Shown one piece after another: positions 1 to 7,289 of a DNA stretch of 16,920 nt. A program made the position numbers and the translations under genes. This DNA comes from Abditibacteriaceae bacterium (GTDB taxonomy: Bacteria > Armatimonadota > Abditibacteriia > Abditibacteriales > Abditibacteriaceae), in assembly GCA_031425655.1 (NCBI GenBank), contig JANPJS010000170.1, positions 1 through 16,920 on the forward strand, in the 5' to 3' direction. Position 1 is the first letter of the stretch; each line of letters begins with the position of its first letter. The notes beneath the pieces are model-generated. The model was not told the origin of the DNA and did no database searches. It worked only from the letters and a program-made list of their open reading frames with translations.

Positions 1-105
1 GTGAGACCAGTGGAACAAGTGATCTCTGGGAGGCTGTCAGTTTTGAAAAGGCCAAGACCGCAGCAAGGGCACCCAGACTTTATCCTCAGCTTACGCTTCA
101 CCACC

Positions 106-205
106 GACATTCTCAACCATACAAGGGCACCCGGAAGAATCCATTACGATTTTCAATCGAGAGTAGATTCTTCCGGGTGACCTCTGGGCAGGACTCAGAA
201 TGACA
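106..205. repeat. REP-like palindrome (…CATTCT…GAAGAATC / GATTCTTC…CTCAGAATGACA class) carrying the CCGGGTGCCCTCTGGGCAGG motif
   Basis: Perfect 14-bp inverted repeat CACCCGGAAGAATC (128-141) / GATTCTTCCGGGTG (166-179). Inner CGATT/AATCG hairpin at 147-159. Degenerate outer arms GACATTCTCA (106-115) and CTCAGAATGACA (194-205). Confidence 0.7.
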
Positions 206-373
206 AAAACGTCGAGGATTTGAACTCACTGCCGAGTTTCAAGACTGATTCTTAGAAGGTTGCCGGTCGCCGAGTGAAGTAAAAAATCGCGGCCCGACGG
301 CGCCTTATCGGTTAAAATGCGAGCGAGACTGCCGCATTGAAAAGGCAGATTGAAAGCAAAAAGGGAACGACAT

Positions 374-1318
374 ATGAAGACTCGAAACATTGTGATTTTG
401 GCCGCCGCTTTATTGATGGCGGCGCCGGCGATAACGACGCTGACCGGCTGCGGCGGCGGCAACGGCGTGTCAATCGGCAATCGAAGCATTAACAACCTGC
501 CGATTGCTTTTGGCAACGGACAAAACGGCCAACTCGACTTGGGCATTGCCAACGGCGCGGTTAACGCCGTTCTGCGCGTCTTCCCGCCACCACCGCCCCT
601 GCTTGGCAAAGCCGGCAAGATTTCGGCTCAGGCTCTCCCGTTCATTCCCGCCGGAACTTACACCGGAACCGGCACGATTAACAGTTCGGGCGCTTTCACC
701 ATCAGCTTCGATTTGGTCGCTCCGGTGCCGGATATTACCATCACCGGCACCGTGCCGACGCTGAGTTCGACCGGCGGTTACACCATTACGGTGGGCGGCC
801 AAAGCGTGAGCGGCACCTTCCCTTCGCTGGGCCAGAACACGCCAACGCCAACGCCGACTTCCACCACCGACCGCATCACGGGAACAATTTCCGGGCAGTC
901 CGGCGCCAACGTGACGGGCGCCACGTTTGATATGCCGCTTAAAAGCAGCACCGTCAGAAATACGCCCAGCCCGCGCATTTTTTCGGCGATTTACGAAGAT
1001 CGCTCCGGCACTCTGTTTCGCAGCATCTCGCTGGAAGTGCTGCCAACTGTAGATTTGGCGGCGGGCCAAAACTTCTCGCTGGCCGCTGGCAACGGCTCAT
1101 TTTCTTATTTTGAGGCGCAGAACAGCAATCCGGGAACAACTGCGAAGAATTGGGATTCGATCAGCGGCACGCTGCACATTGATTCGGTGCAAGGCGACAT
1201 CGTGCGCTTTTCCATCCAAACCGCGCGATTGCAAGCGCGCACCGGCGATCAATCAAGCGGCTCGTTTACCATCAGCGGCAGCGGACAGGCGCGCACTTCG
1301 TTCGGCGGCGCCGGATAA
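374..1318 (+). CDS. Secreted lipoprotein of unknown function, Gly/Ser/Thr-rich, probably two beta-rich domains joined by a TPTPTPT linker
   Basis: ATG at 374 follows AAGGGA. Signal MKTRNIVILAAALLMAAPAITT leads to lipobox LTG-C, then GGG. A terminator hairpin follows the gene. Confidence 0.85.
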   Translation: MKTRNIVILAAALLMAAPAITTLTGCGGGNGVSIGNRSINNLPIAFGNGQNGQLDLGIANGAVNAVLRVFPPPPPLLGKAGKISAQALPFIPAGTYTGTGTINSSGAFTISFDLVAPVPDITITGTVPTLSSTGGYTITVGGQSVSGTFPSLGQNTPTPTPTSTTDRITGTISGQSGANVTGATFDMPLKSSTVRNTPSPRIFSAIYEDRSGTLFRSISLEVLPTVDLAAGQNFSLAAGNGSFSYFEAQNSNPGTTAKNWDSISGTLHIDSVQGDIVRFSIQTARLQARTGDQSSGSFTISGSGQARTSFGGAG

Positions 1319-1336
1319 ATTCACGATGCGTTTTCC

Positions 1337-1377
1337 ACAGCCGCGTTGCTTTCGAGCAGCGCGGCTGTTTTTGTTTT
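1337..1377 (+). terminator. Rho-independent terminator of the lipoprotein gene
   Basis: Stem ACAGCCGCGTTGCT / AGCAGCGCGGCTGT (one G-U), TTCG loop and T-rich tail, starting 19 nt after the TAA stop. Confidence 0.85.
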
Positions 1378-1399
1378 GGTGGCTTAGAATGAGTTTTGA

Positions 1400-1484
1400 G
1401 ATGCGGGGCCGGGTGCCCTCAGGGCGGATCCTCTTCCAAACCAACAAGGCTATTTTGTTTGGAAGAGGGCGTTAGCCCCGCATC
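1400..1484. repeat. REP-like palindrome (GATGCGGGGCTAACGCCCTCTTCCAAAC class) with the left arm interrupted by the 20-nt motif
   Basis: GATGCGGGGC (1400-1409) pairs with 1475-1484, and CCTCTTCCAAAC (1430-1441) pairs with 1457-1468. The 6-nt GCGTTA of the right arm faces 20 nt (1410-1429) in the left arm. Confidence 0.8.
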
Positions 1485-3905
1485 CCCGGATTGAGCCATC
1501 ACCGCTTTTGTCTTGGTGAGCAAAAGCAAAACTGCTGCGACGGCGTAAATGGCGGCGCCAAAAATCAGCATTTGCTGCAAGCCGTAGCTGCGAGCGCCAA
1601 AAGCCGACAAAAACGAGCCGAACACCGACGCCACGCCGTTCAAACCCCAGACCAGAGGCACCAAACCCGCCCGTTCGCGCGCGAAAAGTCGCACGCCGGT
1701 CGGAAACGGAGTGCCCAACGCCACGCCCAAAGGGAAAAGCAATAACGCGACGGTCGCGCAGCGCAGCGGCAGATTCATGCCGAGTAATACGGCGTCCAAC
1801 TGCGACAAAAACGCCGTCAAAACCAGCGTGGCAAGCGCCACGGCTGCGGCACAAAGCGCGCCGTAAAACGCCAAAGCTTTGCCGTCGAATCGCTGCGAAA
1901 TCGCCGCGCCCGCGCCGCCGCCGAGCAAAAGGGAAAACAAAATCACGGTCAGCGCGAGCGTCGGATAACCGAGCGGCAAAACCAATTTTTGGATCAGCGG
2001 GATTTCAATCAGCATGAAACCGACGCCCAAAGCCAAAAAATAGACCGCGAAAAGCCCGTCCGAGCGGCGCAGCGGCGAAGTCAGGTCTTGTTTCAAGCCC
2101 CAGCCAAGAAAAACCAGCGCCACAACCAACAAAGCGCCTAAAGCGAGGCCGAGATTCTTCAAAATCGGCGGCGTTCCGGCGGCTAAATCGAGAACGAAAG
2201 GCCGGTCGTCGGGGCGCGGCGTGATGTCAAGAGGCGGCTTCAGCTTGCCGAACTCCGCCGCGAACGCATCGGGCGTCATCGTGCCGTCGGCGATTTGTGT
2301 ATACGGGCCGTAGGCGGCCTGATCGGGAATCCAAATTGGCTGCAAACCGCGCTGAAAACGCGCGGCTGCGAACATCGCCTCGCACTGCGATTTTGATAGC
2401 GCCGACTTTTGAATCACGATGGCGAATTGATAAGGGCCGGGATTCGCATCGTTGACGATGGCGATATGGCGGCAGGCTTCGCGCGCCGAAATGCCGTGCT
2501 TTTGCATCACTTCGAGCGCCGTCGTGAAAAAGCGCGCCAGCAAAATCGGGCTGTCGAGCACAATCGTAATTTGCCCGTCGTCTTCCAGCGCCTGCCAGTA
2601 ATCTTCAAAAGCATCGGAGGTGTAAATAAACGATTCGAGCAGAGCCATGCCCTGCGCCGCCGTCGCAGTTTTGGTCAGGGCGGAAAAAACCAGACCAAAC
2701 TTTTCGCCTTGCCGCACGCGCTCGCGCACGAAAGCGCGGCCTTCGGCGGTTTGCACATGAACTTCCGGGCGGCGATAAATACCGCCGTTGAAAGCACGAT
2801 ACTTTTCCTCATCCATCAAGCCGACAATTGAAGGATTGATTTCAGCGCCGTGAAATGCTTTGGCGCCGTGACGAAGCGAAAGCAGCGCGTCCAAACCGCC
2901 GCCGGGGCCGATTGATAGCACTTTTCCCGCAGGCTTTTTGCTCGATCCCAGCGGCGCGACCGCAAAGGCCCAATCGCTGAGCGGAAAATAGCGCGCGATT
3001 TGTCCGATGCTGGCGACTTTGCCGTCCCATTTCATCATGTTGGTGGGCACGTTGCCGTTGGTGTAGACCAGCAGCGTATCGGCGGCGTCCAGCTCGCTTT
3101 GCCCCGCCTTTAGCGGTGCTTCGCTCACAACATCGGTGCGCGCAAAAGCATTCCAGCGCGTGTCAAGAATGCGCGCTTCGTGACCGGGCGTGCCCATTTC
3201 GGTGAAAAGCGGCTGCGTGGTGCCTTTATCGGCCAGCGAAGCGCCTTGAGCGTCGGTTTTGGGCGGCAAAGGCGGCACGTCTATGAAGCGCAAAGGAATG
3301 TTGGCGAAGCACACGCCGACCACGAGCGCAGTCCACAACGGCAAGCGCGGCGTGCGCTCGCAGCACCACGCGGCGCAGGCCGCCAAAATGGCCATGAGCA
3401 GGCAGGCGTCCATCGCGCTGAGGTGATTCATGATCGGCACGATGGCCGCCGCCGCCAAAGCCGCGCCCGCTAAATCCCACGCATAAAGACGCCCGCTCCA
3501 CGGCGCGTGGCGCGCGAACGCTTCGGCCAAAAACGCGCCCGCGATGGAAAACGGCACCAGCATCACGATGACCGACAAAAGCGAAACTTCAGGAAAATAC
3601 GCGAAGACGCCGCGCATTAAAACCAGCAGGGCGACGTCCACGGACAACGCAAACGCGATAGCCAAAGCGCCCAACGAGAGCGCGCGTTTGCGCCGCGCCA
3701 AATGCGCCGCGTAGCCGCCGACGCCCAGCCCGCACAGCGCCATGCTGATCACCAAAAACGCGAAGTGATAGCGAAGCACGGTGGCGAAGACGCGCGTCAA
3801 GGCCACTTCGAGGCCCAGCACGGCAGCCGCAATAAGCGCGACCGCCAACAGAAAACTCTGCGGCGGTCGCGTGGAAAGGTCGGGTTGAATTTTAGGAGCG
3901 GACAC
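1419..3905 (-). CDS. Multi-pass membrane protein with a central spermidine-synthase-like class I SAM-dependent transferase domain
   Basis: 828-aa ORF. N-terminal TM block (LEVALTRVF, LYAWDLAGAA); soluble domain with VLSIGPGGGLD, AEINP and EGRAFV; PRPDDRPF; C-terminal TM block (LGVGFMLIEI, GTPFPTG, WGLNGVASVFG). Confidence 0.88.
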   Translation of the reverse strand: MSAPKIQPDLSTRPPQSFLLAVALIAAAVLGLEVALTRVFATVLRYHFAFLVISMALCGLGVGGYAAHLARRKRALSLGALAIAFALSVDVALLVLMRGVFAYFPEVSLLSVIVMLVPFSIAGAFLAEAFARHAPWSGRLYAWDLAGAALAAAAIVPIMNHLSAMDACLLMAILAACAAWCCERTPRLPLWTALVVGVCFANIPLRFIDVPPLPPKTDAQGASLADKGTTQPLFTEMGTPGHEARILDTRWNAFARTDVVSEAPLKAGQSELDAADTLLVYTNGNVPTNMMKWDGKVASIGQIARYFPLSDWAFAVAPLGSSKKPAGKVLSIGPGGGLDALLSLRHGAKAFHGAEINPSIVGLMDEEKYRAFNGGIYRRPEVHVQTAEGRAFVRERVRQGEKFGLVFSALTKTATAAQGMALLESFIYTSDAFEDYWQALEDDGQITIVLDSPILLARFFTTALEVMQKHGISAREACRHIAIVNDANPGPYQFAIVIQKSALSKSQCEAMFAAARFQRGLQPIWIPDQAAYGPYTQIADGTMTPDAFAAEFGKLKPPLDITPRPDDRPFVLDLAAGTPPILKNLGLALGALLVVALVFLGWGLKQDLTSPLRRSDGLFAVYFLALGVGFMLIEIPLIQKLVLPLGYPTLALTVILFSLLLGGGAGAAISQRFDGKALAFYGALCAAAVALATLVLTAFLSQLDAVLLGMNLPLRCATVALLLFPLGVALGTPFPTGVRLFARERAGLVPLVWGLNGVASVFGSFLSAFGARSYGLQQMLIFGAAIYAVAAVLLLLTKTKAVMAQSGDAGLTPSSKQNSLVGLEEDPP

Positions 3906-3911
3906 GGCTTG

Positions 3912-3920
3912 ATTTTAGCA
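3912..3920 (-). promoter_or_regulatory. Extended -10 promoter (TGcTAAAAT), probably leaderless
   Basis: The minus strand reads TGCTAAAAT-caagcc-GTG (start at 3905), with no Shine-Dalgarno. Confidence 0.6.
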
Positions 3921-3927
3921 AAACTCG

Positions 3928-4066
3928 GTGAGGAATTAATGTCTCACGCAAAGACGCCAAGGCGCCAAGATTTTAAAGACAATCAGAATACCTTTCTCTC
4001 CAATCCGGGTGCTTCAAATTTTCTCTTGGCGCCTTGGCGTCTTTGCGTGAGACATTAATTCCTCAC
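3928..4066. repeat. Long palindromic element with perfect 43-bp arms and a 9-nt periodic core (CGCAAAGA/CGCCAAGG)
   Basis: GTGAGGAATTAATGTCTCACGCAAAGACGCCAAGGCGCCAAGA (3928-3970) is the exact reverse complement of 4024-4066. The loop is 53 nt. Confidence 0.92.
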
Positions 4067-5235
4067 GGCATCGGCATTTTGCCGCCTTTTATGGCTTCTT
4101 CCATTTGCTCGAACTGCTTGTTGATGTCGGGAATCGGTTTGCGTTTGTAGCCGGTCGGCGCCTCGAAAATCGTGGCGGGAAGTTCGTCCAGACTGCGGCG
4201 CACGAGATTCATTTCGGCGCGCATTTCTCCCCATTGCGCTTTGAATTCGTCGGGCGGCGTGACCGTCATGAACATCGCCAGCGGCGTGGCGACGTGCTTG
4301 AATTCGGGAGAATCGGCTTCGGCGTCGGGGCGCGGCACTATCGTATACATCGAGCGCAGAATTTCTTCGGGCATCATTTCCAGCATCACGCGCGGCGATT
4401 CGTTCATCCACATCGAAGTGCTGCCTTTGCGCTCTCGGCCCACTACTTTCAGAGCCGCTTCGCGCAACTGCACTATGGCTTCGTCGCCGGGCAAGTTGGC
4501 GGCAAGCCACCATTCCATCGCCACGCGCATCCAACGCCCGCCGCCCTGCATCGGATTCGCGGTGTTGATCAGCATCGTCAAACGGTAGCCGCGCCCTTCC
4601 AAGCCGTTAATCGTGCGCGTGTTGTCAATTTCACGAAGATAGGTTTTGAAAACGCGATTGGTAAACGGCGAAAGCGCGGCGCGCACTTCGGCGCCCAAGC
4701 GCGTTCGCTGTTCGCGCGTCAGTGCCGGCGGCTCGTCCTTCGAGAGTTTTGGAGCCAGTTTGCGCCACGGGTCGAAGCGCGTTTTTTCAAGAAGCTCTTT
4801 GATGGATTCGCCGATATAAGTCTTGTCTATCGAAGAAAACATGATGATTTGGTCGTCATCGAAGCGCTGAACAATCGAGACGTTGCCCTCGAAGGGGTTT
4901 GCCGTCATCGTGTCGCCGATTTGGGCAAAAACCAAGCGCGAAAGTGCCGACGGCGCGGCAAACGTCGTCATAGCCGGCTTGGCCATGCCGCCCATATCAC
5001 CCATTCCGCCCATGTTTCCCATGCCGCCCATGCCTTCGGGGTTGAGCCTATATTTCATCATCACGCGGTGGCGCGCCGGCGTGATATTGTTGAACACCTT
5101 GAACTTCAAAACCGGCTGCTTCGATTTAGTCAGGCGCACCTGACCGCTGTGTTCCCACGTTAAATCGGCGTGCGAAGTCGCGGCGGTGACGGCCAAAATT
5201 CCCAGTGCGGCGGTTAAAAAACGCTGTATTTTCAT
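4063..5235 (-). CDS. Secreted protein of unknown function, DUF4412-like
   Basis: ATG at 5235 with an AAGGA SD and upstream TATAAT (5269-5274). Signal peptide MKIQRFLTAALGILAVTAATSHA. The 'TRTINGLEGRGY' and C-terminal 'LPATIFEAPTGYKRK' patterns resemble DUF4412 proteins. The ORF-track extension to 5499 overlaps the GNAT gene and is unlikely to be real. Confidence 0.8.
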   Translation of the reverse strand: MKIQRFLTAALGILAVTAATSHADLTWEHSGQVRLTKSKQPVLKFKVFNNITPARHRVMMKYRLNPEGMGGMGNMGGMGDMGGMAKPAMTTFAAPSALSRLVFAQIGDTMTANPFEGNVSIVQRFDDDQIIMFSSIDKTYIGESIKELLEKTRFDPWRKLAPKLSKDEPPALTREQRTRLGAEVRAALSPFTNRVFKTYLREIDNTRTINGLEGRGYRLTMLINTANPMQGGGRWMRVAMEWWLAANLPGDEAIVQLREAALKVVGRERKGSTSMWMNESPRVMLEMMPEEILRSMYTIVPRPDAEADSPEFKHVATPLAMFMTVTPPDEFKAQWGEMRAEMNLVRRSLDELPATIFEAPTGYKRKPIPDINKQFEQMEEAIKGGKMPMP

Positions 5236-5286
5236 CGGATTTCCTTTTTTCAGCGGCAGTCGCAAAAGATTATACACGCGGGCACT

Positions 5287-5315
5287 TTGACGCGACGGGA
5301 ATCGCCCTTCATACT
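5287..5315 (+). promoter_or_regulatory. Sigma70-type promoter of the GNAT gene, probably leaderless
   Basis: TTGACG (5287-5292), 17-nt spacer, CATACT (5310-5315), 7 nt, then ATG at 5323. Confidence 0.6.
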
Positions 5316-5322
5316 GTGTGCC

Positions 5323-5886
5323 ATGCTCGCTTCTCAGGCACCTTCGCCTTCTTTGTCCGACGCGCAGGACGTTGAAGACACGGTTCTCTCCTTCGATTTG
5401 CCTCGTTCCATTGTGCGCGTGCGCGCGTTGCGCGAAAGCGATAATGTTCCGCTGGAATGGCACGGCGGCGAAGATTTGCGTTCGTTTTATGAGCGTCAAT
5501 TATGGGCGCACCAAAGCGGCGAGGCCTTCGTGCTGATCGCCGATTTCAACGGTTTTCCCATTGGCCAAGCCGCGATTTACTGGACGGGCAAGCCCACGCA
5601 TCCGCATTGGCCGGACTTGCAATCGCTGCGCGTGCATCCGGTTTTTCAAGGACAAGGCATCGGCACGCGTTTGCTCGACGCCGCTTCGATAATAGTGAAA
5701 GCACGCGGCCTGCCGCACCTGAGTTTGTCGGTCAGCGTCGTCAATCACGGCGCGCATCGGCTTTACGAACGCTGCGGATTTCGCGTGTCCAGCCAGCCTT
5801 ATGAAGATTCGTGGGAATATCTCAACGCGGCGGGCGAACCCGTGCGCCTGACCGAAACCGTGCTCGATTTACTAAAGGAATTGTAA
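5323..5886 (+). CDS. GNAT family N-acetyltransferase
   Basis: Acetyl-CoA motif A (LRVHPVFQGQGIGTRLL) and motif B (NHGAHRLYERCGF). The start was chosen from promoter geometry. Confidence 0.9.
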   Translation: MLASQAPSPSLSDAQDVEDTVLSFDLPRSIVRVRALRESDNVPLEWHGGEDLRSFYERQLWAHQSGEAFVLIADFNGFPIGQAAIYWTGKPTHPHWPDLQSLRVHPVFQGQGIGTRLLDAASIIVKARGLPHLSLSVSVVNHGAHRLYERCGFRVSSQPYEDSWEYLNAAGEPVRLTETVLDLLKEL

Positions 5887-5888
5887 AA

Positions 5889-6002
5889 CGTTGAATGGAA
5901 CACGGAGCTTCGCTACGCGGATTTCATACGCGGATTCTCCACGGATTGATCTGTGCCTTCCGTGTCGTTTCCGTGAAGCGAAGCTCCGTGTTCCATTCAA
6001 CG
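5889..6002. repeat. Palindromic element (GGAACACGGAGCTTCGCT / CACGGA class), copy 1
   Basis: Perfect 26-bp arms CGTTGAATGGAACACGGAGCTTCGCT (5889-5914) / 5977-6002. Internal (A/G)CGGATT and TCCGTG units. 22 nt are identical to 16821-16842. Confidence 0.92.
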
Positions 6003-6020
6003 CTTGACGAAAGGATTCTC

Positions 6021-7289
6021 ATGCCTACTGCAAAGGAAATCGCCCGTCTTGAAAGCCTTTCCACCTATCAAACGGTCAACCACCAATTCGACCGCGCCGC
6101 CGATCTTCTCGACCTGCCGGCTGCCGAGCGCACGATTCTTAAAAGTCCTTTCCGCGAATTGAAAGTGGAAATTCCTCTCAAAATGGACAGCGGCGATTGG
6201 CGCGTTTTCAACGGCTATCGCATTCAGCACGACAATTCGCGCGGGCCGTGCAAAGGCGGACTGCGCTACCATCCTTCGGTGGACGACGACGAAGTGCGCG
6301 CCCTCGCTTCGCTGATGACGTGGAAAACCGCGCTTGTGGACGTGCCTTTTGGCGGCGCCAAAGGCGGCATCGCCTGCGAGCCGCAAAAGATGAGCAACGA
6401 CGAGCGCCAGCGTTTGACGCGCGCTTTCGTGCGCGCCATTGACGACATCATCGGCCCGCACACCGATATTCCGGCGCCCGACGTGAACACCTCGGCGCAA
6501 ACGATGGCGTGGGTCATGGATGAATACTCGGCGCGTCACGGCTACACGCCCGCCGTCGTGACCGGCAAGCCGGTGCATTTAGGCGGAAGTTTCGGACGCG
6601 AAGACGCCACCGGTCGCGGCGTGACCATCATCACCAAAGCGGCGGCGCGGGCTTTTGGCTTGAATTTGCGCGAGGCGCGCGTGGTGTTGCAGGGCTTCGG
6701 CAACGTGGGCAGCCACGCCGCGCGATTGCTGCACGAATCCGGCGCCAAAATCGTCGCCGTTGGGGACGCGCACGGCGCGGTTTTCAACGCCGACGGCCTC
6801 GATATTACCGCATTGGCGGCGCACAGCGCCATCAACGGCAAAGTCGGCGGATTTCCCGGCACGACGCCGCTTTCGCCGCAGCAGCTTTTTGAAACCGAGT
6901 GCGAAATTCTCATTCCCGCCGCGCTGGGCGGCGTAATTGATGCCGACCTGGCCGCAAAAGTAAAAACCAAGCTTGTGATCGAAGGCGCCAACGCGCCGGT
7001 CACGGCGGGCGGCGAGGCGATTTTGCGCGAACGCGGCATCATTTCGGTGCCGGACATTTTAGCCAACGCCGGCGGTGTGGTCGTCTCGTATTTCGAGTGG
7101 GTGCAAAACCTCACGGAGTTCCGCTGGAAAGAAGAGCGCGTGCAAGTCGAACTCGAAGAAACCATGCTGCGCGCCTTCGGCGAAGTCGCGCACGTCGCCG
7201 ATAAACGCGACACCGATTTGCGAACTGCCGCCTTTGTGCTTTCCATCGGCCACGTCGCCGCCGCCTCGCGCCTGCGGTGGATGAATTGA
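6021..7289 (+). CDS. gdhA: Glutamate dehydrogenase (Glu/Leu/Phe/Val dehydrogenase family)
   Basis: Motifs GPCKGGLRYHP, PFGGAKGG, DIPAPDVNT, QGFGNVG, EGANAP and PDILANAGGVVVSYFEWVQN. ATG at 6021 follows AAAGGA. The ORF-track extension from 5895 just translates the repeat. Confidence 0.95.
   Translation: MPTAKEIARLESLSTYQTVNHQFDRAADLLDLPAAERTILKSPFRELKVEIPLKMDSGDWRVFNGYRIQHDNSRGPCKGGLRYHPSVDDDEVRALASLMTWKTALVDVPFGGAKGGIACEPQKMSNDERQRLTRAFVRAIDDIIGPHTDIPAPDVNTSAQTMAWVMDEYSARHGYTPAVVTGKPVHLGGSFGREDATGRGVTIITKAAARAFGLNLREARVVLQGFGNVGSHAARLLHESGAKIVAVGDAHGAVFNADGLDITALAAHSAINGKVGGFPGTTPLSPQQLFETECEILIPAALGGVIDADLAAKVKTKLVIEGANAPVTAGGEAILRERGIISVPDILANAGGVVVSYFEWVQNLTEFRWKEERVQVELEETMLRAFGEVAHVADKRDTDLRTAAFVLSIGHVAAASRLRWMN

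Noticed and set aside
28..50. GGGAGGCTGTCAGTTTTGAAAAG as a possible IS terminal repeat
   Set aside because: No partner end or transposase lies in the window, so there is no support.
1..203. Open frames at the window start (1-180 in frame 1; 3-203 in frame 3)
   Set aside because: They are short, show no recognisable protein motif, and run through repeat DNA. A gene end entering from the left cannot be fully excluded.
289..300. 12-nt match GCGGCCCGACGG shared with 9168-9179
   Set aside because: It is short and GC-rich, in different structural contexts, and compatible with chance.
838..870. ACGCCA tandem hexamers
   Set aside because: They encode an ordinary Thr-Pro linker in the lipoprotein and are not a separate element.
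4105..5163. 352-aa + strand ORF, and similar antisense ORFs at 470-1069, 6542-7246, 12130-12750 and 13770-14786
   Set aside because: These lie opposite well-supported genes, as expected from GC-rich codon bias.
5895..6020. ORF-track N-terminal extensions of gdhA, cysN (12093-12176), the binding protein (13263-13406) and the secreted protein (5236-5499)
   Set aside because: They translate repeats or overlap other genes. Downstream starts fit better with SD or promoter signals, signal peptides and family N-termini.
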